Positions 28,452 to 38,770 of a stretch of 64,000 nucleotides of DNA are shown here, in pieces. The DNA comes from Patescibacteria group bacterium (GTDB lineage Bacteria; Patescibacteriota; Microgenomatia; UBA1400; PJMF01). The notes below the pieces were generated by a model that saw only the letters and a list, made by a program, of their open reading frames with translations, was not told where the DNA came from and ran no database searches. The position numbers were made by a program, and so were the translations under genes. The stretch lies in the NCBI GenBank assembly GCA_039934415.1, contig JBDTME010000002.1:14351-78350 (forward strand). Reading direction: 5' to 3'. Within the stretch, counting starts at the first letter, position 1. Every line of letters starts with the position of its first letter.

Positions 28452-30531
28452 GTTTTTTTTAAAAAAGGAAGTGCTTGCAGTTTGTTGCTGCTTTTTGTTT
28501 ATTTTGGCACTTTCTTGGAAAGGCTTGAATTGGGGGAGATATGAATCCTGGAATGCTGATCAGATGGCATTCAAAGACATTTTTATACAGAATGAAACCC
28601 CATTCAATCCAAAGTGGTTTCTAAAACCTCCGTTCTACACATACTTTATTTTTTTTGTAAGTGAGTATCCTCTAAATACGCTCTCTACCTTCCTCCACTT
28701 AAACCTAACTGACTTAGACACTATGAAATACTTGTGGGCAAAGATTTTGAATGTTCTAGCTTATAGTCTCTCCTGCGTCATCTTATTTAAAATCATTAGA
28801 AAAATTCGGCCAGTTGAAATAGCAGTAACTCTTACTGTCATTTTTATAACAAGTGCAGGAATGATTCCTTTTCTTTTTTTTCTGACACCTGACCTTTTCT
28901 TAATTTTATGGATGCTACTTTCCTTTTATTTCTCTCAATTAGTCTATGTCACTGACGATAAAAAAATAACAAACTATGTTCTTGCTGGTTTTTTTGTAGG
29001 AGTATCTACAGCATGCAAATATAACGGCGGCATTGTTTTGTTTGCTCTAATGATTTTTCACTTTTTAAGTCTGAAGAAATCCAATTCAAACTTGATAACC
29101 ACAAAAAAAAACCTCTTATTGTTTTCAGCCATGGGGGTTGCCGCACTTGCCTTTTTGATCTGTAATCCTTTCTCAGTTTTTGATTTCCCCACTTTCTCTT
29201 CAGACCTGTACTATCTTCTTACTACTGATGGCGCATATTTCGACATGGTAGTGAATTCGCAAAATGGACTAATTCGTTTCATTTTGCAGTTTCTTGAACT
29301 GATGGGAATTCCGGCTTTTATCCTACTCTTTATTTCAGTTGCACTTTCATTTAAAGCAAGAGCACAATGGAAAATGAAACTGACCGCGACTTTTCTTGCT
29401 TCATTTAGTTTGCTCCTAATTCCAGCTTTTATATTTTATAGTTATCGCGAAATACCAACTCGTTACGTGCTTCCTCTGTATCCGTTTTTACTCATTTCAG
29501 TAGCATGTTTATTTGATAAAAAAGTTATCTTCCAAAAAATTTTCATTGCCTCTCTGCTACTAACTCTTTCTTACAACATATTTTGTTCACTACAAGTCAG
29601 CACTCGATTTTCCCAAGATCCTCGGACACAGATGCAACGTGAAATCCTGACACTCATTCCTCCTTTTTCTAAAGTTGAACAAACCGCTTTCACGCCCAAT
29701 ATACCAACTGCATCAAAATCAAAATTCTTAATCTCTGAAATACCCATGATCACAGGTAGGAATCGCTACTTCAAAGAAAAATTCAAAGACAATGAGAAAA
29801 TTTTGAGTTTGATTGATCATCACGAAGGTACCGAAAATCTCAATTGGTTTAGTTCTGAAAATTTTCAAAAGAGAAACCCGGATTACATCATTTTGGACTC
29901 TTGGCAATATTTCTATGTGGGTAGCCCGTACATACAACAAAACTACCCTGAACTCGTAAGCTATTACAACTTCTTACTAGAGAAACACGATAAATATAGG
30001 GTGGTTTTTCAAAAGCAGACACCACTTCCACCCTGGTATCTATATCCTCGTGATATTGATTTTTTACAAAACACGATTACTTTACTTGAGCTCGATAATA
30101 ACGAAGTGAATTATGATATTGACGTTACAAATATCCGCCAGCAACTACTAAGTCAAACCCGTCTTATCCTTCTAAATACTGAACAAAAAAAACTGATGTA
30201 CAAATTTGCTACCTTCGAATCTATAAATAGTAATATGGAGAAATCTCAATTACTCTACAATCTCGCAGTTCACTTTAATGGTAAAATCCCACCAGAGCTA
30301 ATTGAAAATCTTTTGCAATTAAGTGTCACAACCTCGCCTGGTTGGAGTCATTTTTATATTGAAACGGCTAATTACTATTGGGAACATAGTGAGTATCAAA
30401 AAGCTCAAGATACGTTAAGAGCATGTTTGAAAATTCAAGTAGCGCAAGAACATTGCTTCAACATTTATAAAAAAGATACCTTGGGGAAATTTGGTGAGCT
30501 TTTGAAGTCCATTAATTCACTACCACAATGA
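28420..30531 (+). CDS. GT-C fold polytopic membrane glycosyltransferase (ArnT/PMT-like, GT39/GT83 family), tentative
   Basis: 703 aa. The N-terminal ~400 aa carry about 11 TM helices, with an acidic first-loop motif (RYESWNADQ). Soluble C-terminal domain. Follows the aminotransferase. Confidence 0.45.
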   Translation: MQSKKFPKPIKFFLKKEVLAVCCCFLFILALSWKGLNWGRYESWNADQMAFKDIFIQNETPFNPKWFLKPPFYTYFIFFVSEYPLNTLSTFLHLNLTDLDTMKYLWAKILNVLAYSLSCVILFKIIRKIRPVEIAVTLTVIFITSAGMIPFLFFLTPDLFLILWMLLSFYFSQLVYVTDDKKITNYVLAGFFVGVSTACKYNGGIVLFALMIFHFLSLKKSNSNLITTKKNLLLFSAMGVAALAFLICNPFSVFDFPTFSSDLYYLLTTDGAYFDMVVNSQNGLIRFILQFLELMGIPAFILLFISVALSFKARAQWKMKLTATFLASFSLLLIPAFIFYSYREIPTRYVLPLYPFLLISVACLFDKKVIFQKIFIASLLLTLSYNIFCSLQVSTRFSQDPRTQMQREILTLIPPFSKVEQTAFTPNIPTASKSKFLISEIPMITGRNRYFKEKFKDNEKILSLIDHHEGTENLNWFSSENFQKRNPDYIILDSWQYFYVGSPYIQQNYPELVSYYNFLLEKHDKYRVVFQKQTPLPPWYLYPRDIDFLQNTITLLELDNNEVNYDIDVTNIRQQLLSQTRLILLNTEQKKLMYKFATFESINSNMEKSQLLYNLAVHFNGKIPPELIENLLQLSVTTSPGWSHFYIETANYYWEHSEYQKAQDTLRACLKIQVAQEHCFNIYKKDTLGKFGELLKSINSLPQ

Positions 30532-30932
30532 TAGAACACATTATTTTTCTAGAAGAAAAAATTGCAACAATCGTTAGAGGTACACACACTGTGGAGAATT
30601 TAGAGTTCTTCACCGATGACACAAACCCCTTGCAAGTAGGCATGCACAGTAAAAAAGCTGGCACTAATCTTACTCCTCATATTCATCTTTCAAAAACTAA
30701 AGTGATAACAGAAATTCAAGAAGTTTTATATCTCATTAAAGGCAAAGTGAAGGTTACTTTTTATACAATAGAGGGTGATATTATTGATGAAAAAACTCTA
30801 AATACCGGGGATATTGCCATTTTAATGAAACTTGGTCACGGTTTTGAAGTTATAGAAGATAGTCTCATTTTGGAAGTTAAACAAGGACCGTACCCAGGTA
30901 CGCAACATGCGAAAATCTATTTAAAAAAATAG
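30528..30932 (+). CDS. cupin-fold protein (WbuC/sugar ketoisomerase-like?), tentative
   Basis: 134 aa; PHIHLSK...GDIAILMKLGHGFEV arrangement fits the two-motif cupin pattern. Confidence 0.3.
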   Translation: MIEHIIFLEEKIATIVRGTHTVENLEFFTDDTNPLQVGMHSKKAGTNLTPHIHLSKTKVITEIQEVLYLIKGKVKVTFYTIEGDIIDEKTLNTGDIAILMKLGHGFEVIEDSLILEVKQGPYPGTQHAKIYLKK

Positions 30933-30944
30933 AACAGTAATGAA

Positions 30945-31652
30945 TTATTTACTTGAAAGTGAGTACGCTACTTTAAGGTAACTAAAAAACATTTCCAGAA
31001 ACTTCGATTTGCTCCTACCTGAAGTCCTGTTAGGGTAATACACAGGTACTTCTTTTATAACAAATGCACTTTTCTTTGCCCAATATACAAGCCGAAGATG
31101 GTAGTCACCATAACCTTGGTATATTTCCTTCATATCAAGCATGAACAATTTATTTCTTTTAACAGCATAAAAGCCGCTGGTATTATCGTGGACTGGAAAC
31201 TGGAAAAAAAATTGGAGAAGCACGTTAAAAAGATAACTCGTAAGAAACCGCCACTTATCTTCCATGCCGCCACCATTGATGAACCGAGTGCCCACAACAA
31301 TATCTGCTGTTTTTAATGCCTGTAACATGGGAATCAGATGTCTTGGATGATGGTTAAAATCAGCATCCATACCAATAATGAAGGTACCTCTACTTTCTTG
31401 TATTCCCAATATAATAGATTGGCTGAGATCTCTAGGTGCGTTATGAGTAAAAACCTTAATATTTTTATTCTTTGTAGAATAATCTTTTACGAGATTAAAA
31501 GTCCCATCAGTACTCTCATCATCCACTACTATGATCTCGAAACGGTACTGAACTAAAGTTTTTGATATTTCATCAAGTAATCTCTGGATGTTTCCTACCT
31601 CATTAAAAGTAGGTATGATGATGGATATTAAATCTTTAGATTGAAATGCCAT
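30945..31652 (-). CDS. GT2 polyprenyl-phosphate glycosyltransferase (DPM1/ArnC/Ppm1-like)
   Basis: 235 aa; SIIIPTFNE, VVDDESTDGT and DADFNH blocks typical of Dpm1-like GT2 enzymes; convergent with the GT-C gene. Confidence 0.75.
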   Translation of the reverse strand: MAFQSKDLISIIIPTFNEVGNIQRLLDEISKTLVQYRFEIIVVDDESTDGTFNLVKDYSTKNKNIKVFTHNAPRDLSQSIILGIQESRGTFIIGMDADFNHHPRHLIPMLQALKTADIVVGTRFINGGGMEDKWRFLTSYLFNVLLQFFFQFPVHDNTSGFYAVKRNKLFMLDMKEIYQGYGDYHLRLVYWAKKSAFVIKEVPVYYPNRTSGRSKSKFLEMFFSYLKVAYSLSSK

Positions 31653-31669
31653 ATTGAAAAGCTAGCGTT

Positions 31670-32674
31670 ATGAAAAGACTAAAAAAAATCATATTTCTCA
31701 TATTTTTTTCTGTATTGTCTTGCATTGTTGCATTTTATCTGTCTTTTTATATTACAGAAAAGTTTTTTTTCGATAAAGTTTTTCTTCAAAAGAGTATTTT
31801 GCATGGATATGTGCTACCAGGCTCAATGGATCATCCCGAAATATTTGGACAAAGAATAGCAGGAATCATTTCTATTAACAACTTTTTGGCAAATGACTCG
31901 AAACAAGTGTTAGGAGAGAACATTACAAAAGATGAAAATAAAAAGCCCTTTGTTGTAGCTGTATTTGGTGATTCCTATGTGTTCGGAGCCGGGGTAAGAA
32001 ACGAGCAAGTCTTTCCACTTTTGTTAGAAAAGAAACTGAACCGGATACGACCCACCAAAGTACTTTCTTTCGCCTTATCCGGTGATACTATATTCGATAA
32101 TTATGAAAAATACAAAATCATTCAGGAAATGGGAGTACAACCCAATGTAGTTGTATTCGGTTTGGTCAATAATGATTTACTTCTTTCACCATTAAAATGG
32201 GCACCTTCCCCTACCATATATACAAGGTTTTCCGTAGAGTCTAGTAACATTTTCAATGGATGTACTGGGGAAATTATCAGACAGGAAGATGGTGACTCAT
32301 ATGAAAGAGACGTGTCGGCCCCTTTTGAAGTAGATACACTAAATTACTGTGGTTTTTTAAAAACTCTGACTCTTTTACCTAAAGAGAAAGCGATTTATTT
32401 CAATTTTTGGGATGTTAACCTGGAACCTGATACTCGAATGGAAAAGTTAATAGCTGGATTATCATCAAAAGGACTTCACATTGTCACACCTTTAAAAGAG
32501 TTCAAAAAATATCTTGGTAATAATAACGATAAAATTTCTGAAGTACCGGCTTTCCATGTTAGCAAGTTAGACTTTCATCCGTCGGCTGTCTCGCACGAAT
32601 TATTCGCAGAATCACTGTTTCAAGAAATTACATCGAATACTGACTATCAGTTCATGCAAATTAAACAAAACTGA
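31670..32674 (+). CDS. membrane-anchored SGNH/GDSL-family hydrolase, paralog 1
   Basis: 334 aa; N-terminal TM plus FFDKVFLQKS leader; block I VAVFGDSYVFGAGV, block II LSGDT, block III GLVNND, block V DFHPSAVSHE. Confidence 0.6.
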   Translation: MKRLKKIIFLIFFSVLSCIVAFYLSFYITEKFFFDKVFLQKSILHGYVLPGSMDHPEIFGQRIAGIISINNFLANDSKQVLGENITKDENKKPFVVAVFGDSYVFGAGVRNEQVFPLLLEKKLNRIRPTKVLSFALSGDTIFDNYEKYKIIQEMGVQPNVVVFGLVNNDLLLSPLKWAPSPTIYTRFSVESSNIFNGCTGEIIRQEDGDSYERDVSAPFEVDTLNYCGFLKTLTLLPKEKAIYFNFWDVNLEPDTRMEKLIAGLSSKGLHIVTPLKEFKKYLGNNNDKISEVPAFHVSKLDFHPSAVSHELFAESLFQEITSNTDYQFMQIKQN

Positions 32675-32699
32675 CAATATTTATCTAAAGTAAATTGGA

Positions 32700-33686
32700 A
32701 TGAGTACTAAATTAAAAAATGTAATTCTATTAACTCATTTTTCCATTTTGACTTGTTTAATTGCATTTTACGTTTCATTTTTCTTCACTGAAAAATTCTT
32801 CTTCGATAAAGTCTTTCTCGAAAAAAGTGCTTTGCATGGCTATCTTCACGTCAACCAATTGAGCAAACTCGAAATTTTTGGACAACGATCTGAAGGAGAG
32901 AGAGCTCTAAGAGAGTTTTCATCCACCTCATCTAAAAAAGTATTGGGTGAATATTATGATGCAGACCAGAAACAAAAACCTTTTTTGGTTATTATCATTG
33001 GTGATTCGTTTGTTTGGGGGCAGGGAGTAAGAAATGAATCCCTTTTTCCAGTGCTATTGGAAAAAAAATTAAATAGTATTAGACCAGCTAAAGTGCTTGC
33101 TTTTGGATTTCCAGGCGATACCATCTTTGATTATTACAAGAAATACAGAACCATTAACGAGATCGGATTAGAACCCGATTTAGTTATTTTTGGCTTAGTA
33201 GACAATGATTTAATCCTTCAGAACTACTTTGACGAAAATTCAGATACTGACATGCAAAGAATATTTCACGACTGTACAGGACCATTAATCAAACAAAAAA
33301 AAGATGCTACGTACGAAGAAGAAGTTCTAGAATCATTTAAGGATGGTAATAAGAATTTTTGTGCATTTTCAAACCTTTTAGACAAATTGCCAAAACGACA
33401 TGCTATTTATTTCAACTTTTGGCCAGTTGAGTTACAAAGTAATGTCGGAATCATTACGTATATAAAATCATTCCAAGATAACGGATTTCGGGTCACTAGT
33501 CCATTGAATGAAATGAGAAGTTTTGTACAAAAGAATGACTTTCAGATTGGGGATATTCCTGACTTTCATGTCAGCCAAATAGATTATCATCCCTCTGCAA
33601 CGGCTCACGAGATATTTGCACAGTCTTTATTTAATGAAATTACGAACAATAACGAGCTCGGCTTTAAGATTACAAAGGATAATTGA
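32700..33686 (+). CDS. membrane-anchored SGNH/GDSL-family hydrolase, paralog 2
   Basis: 328 aa; same leader (FFDKVFLEKS); IIIGDSFVWGQGV, PGDT, GLVDND, DYHPSATAHE. Confidence 0.6.
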   Translation: MSTKLKNVILLTHFSILTCLIAFYVSFFFTEKFFFDKVFLEKSALHGYLHVNQLSKLEIFGQRSEGERALREFSSTSSKKVLGEYYDADQKQKPFLVIIIGDSFVWGQGVRNESLFPVLLEKKLNSIRPAKVLAFGFPGDTIFDYYKKYRTINEIGLEPDLVIFGLVDNDLILQNYFDENSDTDMQRIFHDCTGPLIKQKKDATYEEEVLESFKDGNKNFCAFSNLLDKLPKRHAIYFNFWPVELQSNVGIITYIKSFQDNGFRVTSPLNEMRSFVQKNDFQIGDIPDFHVSQIDYHPSATAHEIFAQSLFNEITNNNELGFKITKDN

Positions 33687-33729
33687 GATACAATAGTATT
33701 ATCCTTGAGAAAATGCTACATTGCATGAC

Positions 33730-35526
33730 ATGTGTGGAATTCTAGGTTTTACGGGCAAAAAAGATCCTTCTGTAACCAGAGGTTTATTAAAACTCATTCA
33801 CCATCGAGGATTTGATGATGAAACAATTGGATATCAATCTGGGCTAAATTACGCAATGAATCGGCTCGCTATTGTCGATCTGACTAAAGGATATTATCCC
33901 TTCCGATATAAACATTTTTCATTGATCTATAACGGTGAAATATACAACTACCCAGTTTTGAAAAAAAAGTTGATCAAACAAAAAGTCCAGTTTAAAACAC
34001 ATTGTGATGCCGAAGTCATCCTGCCACTTTTTGATAAATATGGTCCAAAAGCTTTTGCCATGTTGGAAGGTATGTTTGCAATTTGTATCATTGATCATCA
34101 AAAAAAAATTGTTTATCTATCTCGAGACAAATCTGGAGAGAAACCTTTATATTATAGTCAAACCCGAGGATTTAGTTTTGCTTCTGAGATGAAGGTTCTT
34201 CTGAATTTATCTTCTACAAAGATCCTTGATCGAGAGTCACTTTCTCAATATTTAACTCACGGCTCAGTGTTTGGGGAAAATACTCTAGTGACAGACATAA
34301 AAAAAGTTCCTCCTTCTCATTACCTTCGCTATTCATTAGAAACTCAACAAATTGAGGTGAAACAATACTGGAGTCCTGAGCTTTTTCAAGAGAACAACTA
34401 TCAAGAAGATTGTGTTTCTCACCTCACTTCACTGATCAAGAATGCAGTCGAAATAAGGTTACTCGCAGATGTTCCGGTAGGTACTTTCCTTAGTGGTGGA
34501 GTGGACTCAAGTTTGGTGACATATTTTGCAATGAATAAACTCAAAAAACTCAAAACCTTTAGCATCTCTTTTCCTGATCAAGCAGAAGACGAATCACAAT
34601 ATTCGCAAATCGCTTCCAAGTTTCTAGGGACAGAACATACTGAGATCCCCTGTACTTCGACTCATGTGCGAACAATTATGGAACAAATCGGTGAAATTAT
34701 TGATGAACCAATCTCAGATCCAGCAATATTACCTACCTTTCTAATGAGTAAAGTTGCTCGAAAACAGGTCAAAGTTGTTTTAGGCGGTGAAGGTGCTGAT
34801 GAGTTATTCGGCGGTTACTATCGCTATCAGAAACAACTGTTTCAACTTTATGTAAACAGAATATTGAGTGCTCATCATCTCTTGCCTAAGTTGTTACAAA
34901 ATATCCCTTCCAATAGAGTTAAAAACTTTTTAAAAAGTGGTAAAGAGGCATACTCAGCTCAAAACATCTGGACCGAAAATGAGCTATCAGAACTCCTGAT
35001 TACAGGATCTAACACTAAAGTACTAAAGAGAGATCCCGCAGTACTTCGTTCTAATCCTATGTTGTTTTTACAACTAAGTGATTATCGTGAATACTTACCG
35101 GATCAGCTGCTCATGAAGGTTGACAAAATTACCATGCAGCATAACTTGGAAGCGAGGGCCCCTTTTCTTGATACCAAATTAATCAACTTTGCTTTTAATT
35201 TAAAAACCAAAGAAAAAATACATGGTTTGCATAATAAGTACTTACTGAGAAAAGTCGCCGCTCAATTTTTGCCACCTGAGATTGTTTGGCGGTTAAAACA
35301 TGGCTTCTCACTACCTTTGAATGACTGGTTTCGAAATGAACTCAAAGATTTTGCATACTTAACACTTGAGAATGTGAAAGAATATCGACACATCTTTAAT
35401 GTTGATTTCTTCTCCAAAAAACTTGAAGAGCACATGACTAGTGAAGTTCGATATCGTGACAAAATTTGGAGTATTTTTGTACTTACTGAGTGGATGAAGA
35501 AATACCAAATTATAGAGTGCCAATAA
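33730..35526 (+). CDS. asparagine synthase (glutamine-hydrolysing)-family amidotransferase
   Basis: Ntn catalytic MCGILGF directly at the ATG (the ORF-track start 33721 is a TTG three codons upstream); synthetase-domain PP-loop FLSGGVDSS. Confidence 0.85.
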   Translation: MCGILGFTGKKDPSVTRGLLKLIHHRGFDDETIGYQSGLNYAMNRLAIVDLTKGYYPFRYKHFSLIYNGEIYNYPVLKKKLIKQKVQFKTHCDAEVILPLFDKYGPKAFAMLEGMFAICIIDHQKKIVYLSRDKSGEKPLYYSQTRGFSFASEMKVLLNLSSTKILDRESLSQYLTHGSVFGENTLVTDIKKVPPSHYLRYSLETQQIEVKQYWSPELFQENNYQEDCVSHLTSLIKNAVEIRLLADVPVGTFLSGGVDSSLVTYFAMNKLKKLKTFSISFPDQAEDESQYSQIASKFLGTEHTEIPCTSTHVRTIMEQIGEIIDEPISDPAILPTFLMSKVARKQVKVVLGGEGADELFGGYYRYQKQLFQLYVNRILSAHHLLPKLLQNIPSNRVKNFLKSGKEAYSAQNIWTENELSELLITGSNTKVLKRDPAVLRSNPMLFLQLSDYREYLPDQLLMKVDKITMQHNLEARAPFLDTKLINFAFNLKTKEKIHGLHNKYLLRKVAAQFLPPEIVWRLKHGFSLPLNDWFRNELKDFAYLTLENVKEYRHIFNVDFFSKKLEEHMTSEVRYRDKIWSIFVLTEWMKKYQIIECQ

Positions 35527-35528
35527 AT

Positions 35529-36536
35529 ATGTGGAACTACAAACAATCGCTCCTTCTTTTATTTCTACTTGCCTCATCACTGATAGTCAGTTTCTTAGGC
35601 GCTTTCTACATTGGTGAACATTATTTTTTTGACAAACTTTTTTATCAAAAATCGGCAATTCATGGATATGAAAAAGATACGGCCTCGCTCGTCACCTCTC
35701 TCTATAAAAATAATTCGGATCTCCCAAAAGAACAGCAACCTTCTTGGTTTATAAAAGAAAGAATAAAGGATCTTCATCAACTTGTCGCTTCAAACACGAA
35801 TTCTCCAATACTCGGAGTATCAACTTCCAAAGAAGAGAATTCTGTATTCAAAATAGTTATTATTGGAGACTCTTTTGTTTACGGAACGGGTGTAAGAGAA
35901 AACCAAAGATTTGGCAATGTTTTAGAAGAAAAATTAAATAAAATAAAACCAACAAAGGTATATAGCTTGGGTTTGAACGGCGACAGTATTGTTGATAACT
36001 ATCTAAAATATCTGCTTGCACAAAAAGAAATTCAACCTGATCTTGTCATATTTGGCATGGTTGAAAATGACCTTTTCTTAAACTCTCCCAGATATCCGAA
36101 TCATGAAAATCTAATGAACACACTAAAAGAAAAATGTACTTTGCCACAATTTGAATACTATTTTGAAGATCCGACAGCTTCCTATGATGAACAATTAGCT
36201 AAAGCCTACTTACCTAGTTTTTCTGATGAGTATGGGAATATATGCTATATGGACCAAATTCTCCAACAAATTGATATGTCAAAATCCTTCTTTTTTGTCT
36301 TCAATGACCTTTATTCTCAGAATGAAGATCAACCACAAAAGAAAATAATGACAAAATATGAACGGATGGTTATAGATCATAATGGTGTGGTCATTCACCC
36401 AAGTGATCCTGAAAATGCACATTATTACACTGTTTCAAAACAAGAAGGTCATCCCTCCGCTCGACAACACGAAGAGTATGCAGAGAAACTCTTCAGCGAA
36501 ATTACGTCCAACTCCACATGGGGATTCAAAGAATGA
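35529..36536 (+). CDS. membrane-anchored SGNH/GDSL-family hydrolase, paralog 3
   Basis: Same TM plus YFFDKLFYQKS leader; IVIIGDSFVYGTGV, NGDS, GMVEND, C-terminal GHPSARQHEE. Start placed at the ATG right after the asnB-like stop (ORF-track start 35490). Confidence 0.55.
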   Translation: MWNYKQSLLLLFLLASSLIVSFLGAFYIGEHYFFDKLFYQKSAIHGYEKDTASLVTSLYKNNSDLPKEQQPSWFIKERIKDLHQLVASNTNSPILGVSTSKEENSVFKIVIIGDSFVYGTGVRENQRFGNVLEEKLNKIKPTKVYSLGLNGDSIVDNYLKYLLAQKEIQPDLVIFGMVENDLFLNSPRYPNHENLMNTLKEKCTLPQFEYYFEDPTASYDEQLAKAYLPSFSDEYGNICYMDQILQQIDMSKSFFFVFNDLYSQNEDQPQKKIMTKYERMVIDHNGVVIHPSDPENAHYYTVSKQEGHPSARQHEEYAEKLFSEITSNSTWGFKE

Positions 36537-37645
36537 AAAGAAAATTACTAATTGTCATCTGGGACATGGCATTGGGTGGCATTCAAAAAAGAGTTCGTGA
36601 TCTCATTCTCGAGATAAATACCAACCAGCCTGATTGGGAAATCCATTTATTGCTCAAATTTGAAGAACCTGCATATTTCCTCGACAGCCTAGCAGACTGT
36701 AAAAATCTTCACCTTCATTTTTACAAAAAGAACAGAGAACAACTTGGCAGGAGCCTGCCACTGGCTTGGATTATTCAACCTTTTTTTTCCATAAAACCAG
36801 ATGTGTGCCTCACTTTTCTAGAACATTTATCGATTAGCATGGTTATCGTTAAACATTTAATGCGCTGGCGGAAAGACTCTCGACTCGTTTTAAATGAGGG
36901 AATCTTAACTTCAACATATCTAGGACTTAATAAGGACATTTTAGGTTGGAAACCATATGCTTTTTTGATAAAAATATTTTATCGATTTTCAAATCTCATC
37001 ATAGTTCCTACAAAAGAAGTAAAAGAAGATTTGGTCTTCTCTTTTAAAGTTCCCTCCAACAAAATTAAGGTGATTTCAAACTGGACACTTTTTCCTCCCA
37101 AAAGCGCCGATAAGAAAAGGTACGATCTCATTTATGTTACAAGATACGAAAGAGAGAAAAATCCAAAGCTATTTCTAGAAATCATAGATAATCTGAAAAA
37201 AAAGCTACCCAATATTAAAGGCTGCTTAGTTGGAGAAGGTAGTCTTAAAAAGGAGCTAGTACAGTTTGTGAAAGACCATAAACTTGATAAAAATGTGAAA
37301 ATTCTTGATTTTCAAGCAAACACACAAGCTTTTCTCCTAGATTCGAAAATCTTTGTAATTACTTCTAAAAATGAGGGGATGCCAAATGTCGTTCTAGAAG
37401 CTGGGATATCCTCTTTACCGACTGTTTCAACAAACTTTCGAGGAAGTAATGAAGTCATCATACAAGGCAAAACTGGCTACATCTTAAAGGATGGTTCTGT
37501 TACCGAATTTACTCACTATTGTTTCGAATTACTGAAAAACGATGTTAAAAGAAAAAAAATGGGTCAAGCAGCTCAGAGACACATTGTTCAAAATTTTTCG
37601 TACAACACACAGCAAAAGTTTATTAAATATTTATTAAAAGTCTAG
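36533..37645 (+). CDS. glycosyltransferase family 4
   Basis: GT4 C-terminal EGMPNVVLEAGISSLPTV block. Its ATG overlaps the upstream stop (ATGA); ORF-track start 36518. Confidence 0.8.
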   Translation: MKRKLLIVIWDMALGGIQKRVRDLILEINTNQPDWEIHLLLKFEEPAYFLDSLADCKNLHLHFYKKNREQLGRSLPLAWIIQPFFSIKPDVCLTFLEHLSISMVIVKHLMRWRKDSRLVLNEGILTSTYLGLNKDILGWKPYAFLIKIFYRFSNLIIVPTKEVKEDLVFSFKVPSNKIKVISNWTLFPPKSADKKRYDLIYVTRYEREKNPKLFLEIIDNLKKKLPNIKGCLVGEGSLKKELVQFVKDHKLDKNVKILDFQANTQAFLLDSKIFVITSKNEGMPNVVLEAGISSLPTVSTNFRGSNEVIIQGKTGYILKDGSVTEFTHYCFELLKNDVKRKKMGQAAQRHIVQNFSYNTQQKFIKYLLKV

Positions 37646-38767
37646 TATCGCTGAAGAAGTGCAAATGACACTAGCTGTTTTTTTGATTAAATCTTTGTTA
37701 TATCTTTGCTTAATCTCTTGTCTTGCATTCTTTCCAAACTGATTTCTAAATTGAGCATTATTTAGTAAAAACTCAATATTTCTTTTCATTTCTTGAAGAT
37801 CTTCGCCAATATAACCTGTCATGCTATCGCTGAAGTACTCTTTCAAACCTGGGTAATTAAGTACTACCGACGGTAATCCCATAGCCATAGCCTCCAAAAG
37901 TATCATTGGATGACCTTCAAAATCTGAGGTGAGAATCATGATTCGAGACTGTGATAACAATTTTAAAATATTTTGAGCTGGTTTTTTAAAGATGATATGT
38001 TGAGAAAGTTTCTTTTGCTTGACTACCAAACGCAACATATCTTCTTCGATACCAGTACCAACTAAAAGCACCTTCATTTTCTTATTCTTTATTGTCAGAA
38101 GCTCGGTGAGTTGTATGATTCGTTCTATTCTTTTTTGCCGAACGAACCTGCCTGAGAAAATTAAATCAAACTTCTTAGTTGTTTTTTTAAATTGAGGAAG
38201 TAAAAATGGTCCCCAATTCGGAATGACCTGGATTTTATCATTCGGCACCTTGTAGTGAAGAAATAAATCCTTTTTTGCATACTTAGTTTGCACAATGACA
38301 ATGTCTACTAAAAAAAATAATTTGCTTAATAGCCAAGTGGGAAGAACTGTATTTAGGTGAGGCCGTTTATTATAGAGTGACAAGATATTGTCATTGCTCA
38401 CCACAATCTTTGCCCTCTTGAATCTAAAAATCAAAAAAAAGCGAGCCATAATCACGTATGGCAGATTAAACTGGAGGAAAGTGAAAATGACGTCTGGTTT
38501 CCAGCCAAAAACGTATTTAATGAAGTAAAAAAGATGAACAACTTTTACTATTTTTTTTGAATAACTCAAAGAGGGTAATTGATACAAACAACAACGAGGA
38601 TTACGAATTTGATTCAAGAAAGAAAATTCTTTACAGTCTCTATATACCAAGCTTATCTCTATATCATTAGCGGATTCAAGAAAATTGATGATATCAATTA
38701 TTTTTCTTTGAACCCCTCCTAGACCCATATCCGGAAAAAAGATGAGTATTTTTTTTCTTAAAACCAT
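37634..38767 (-). CDS. glycosyltransferase family 4
   Basis: EGHPMILLEAMAMGLPSVV block; 377 aa. Confidence 0.8.
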   Translation of the reverse strand: MVLRKKILIFFPDMGLGGVQRKIIDIINFLESANDIEISLVYRDCKEFSFLNQIRNPRCCLYQLPSLSYSKKIVKVVHLFYFIKYVFGWKPDVIFTFLQFNLPYVIMARFFLIFRFKRAKIVVSNDNILSLYNKRPHLNTVLPTWLLSKLFFLVDIVIVQTKYAKKDLFLHYKVPNDKIQVIPNWGPFLLPQFKKTTKKFDLIFSGRFVRQKRIERIIQLTELLTIKNKKMKVLLVGTGIEEDMLRLVVKQKKLSQHIIFKKPAQNILKLLSQSRIMILTSDFEGHPMILLEAMAMGLPSVVLNYPGLKEYFSDSMTGYIGEDLQEMKRNIEFLLNNAQFRNQFGKNARQEIKQRYNKDLIKKTASVICTSSAILDF

Positions 38768-38770
38768 ACT

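Noticed and set aside
35262-35580. Reverse-strand ORFs at the asnB / SGNH-3 junction
   Set aside because: Antisense to two well-supported genes.
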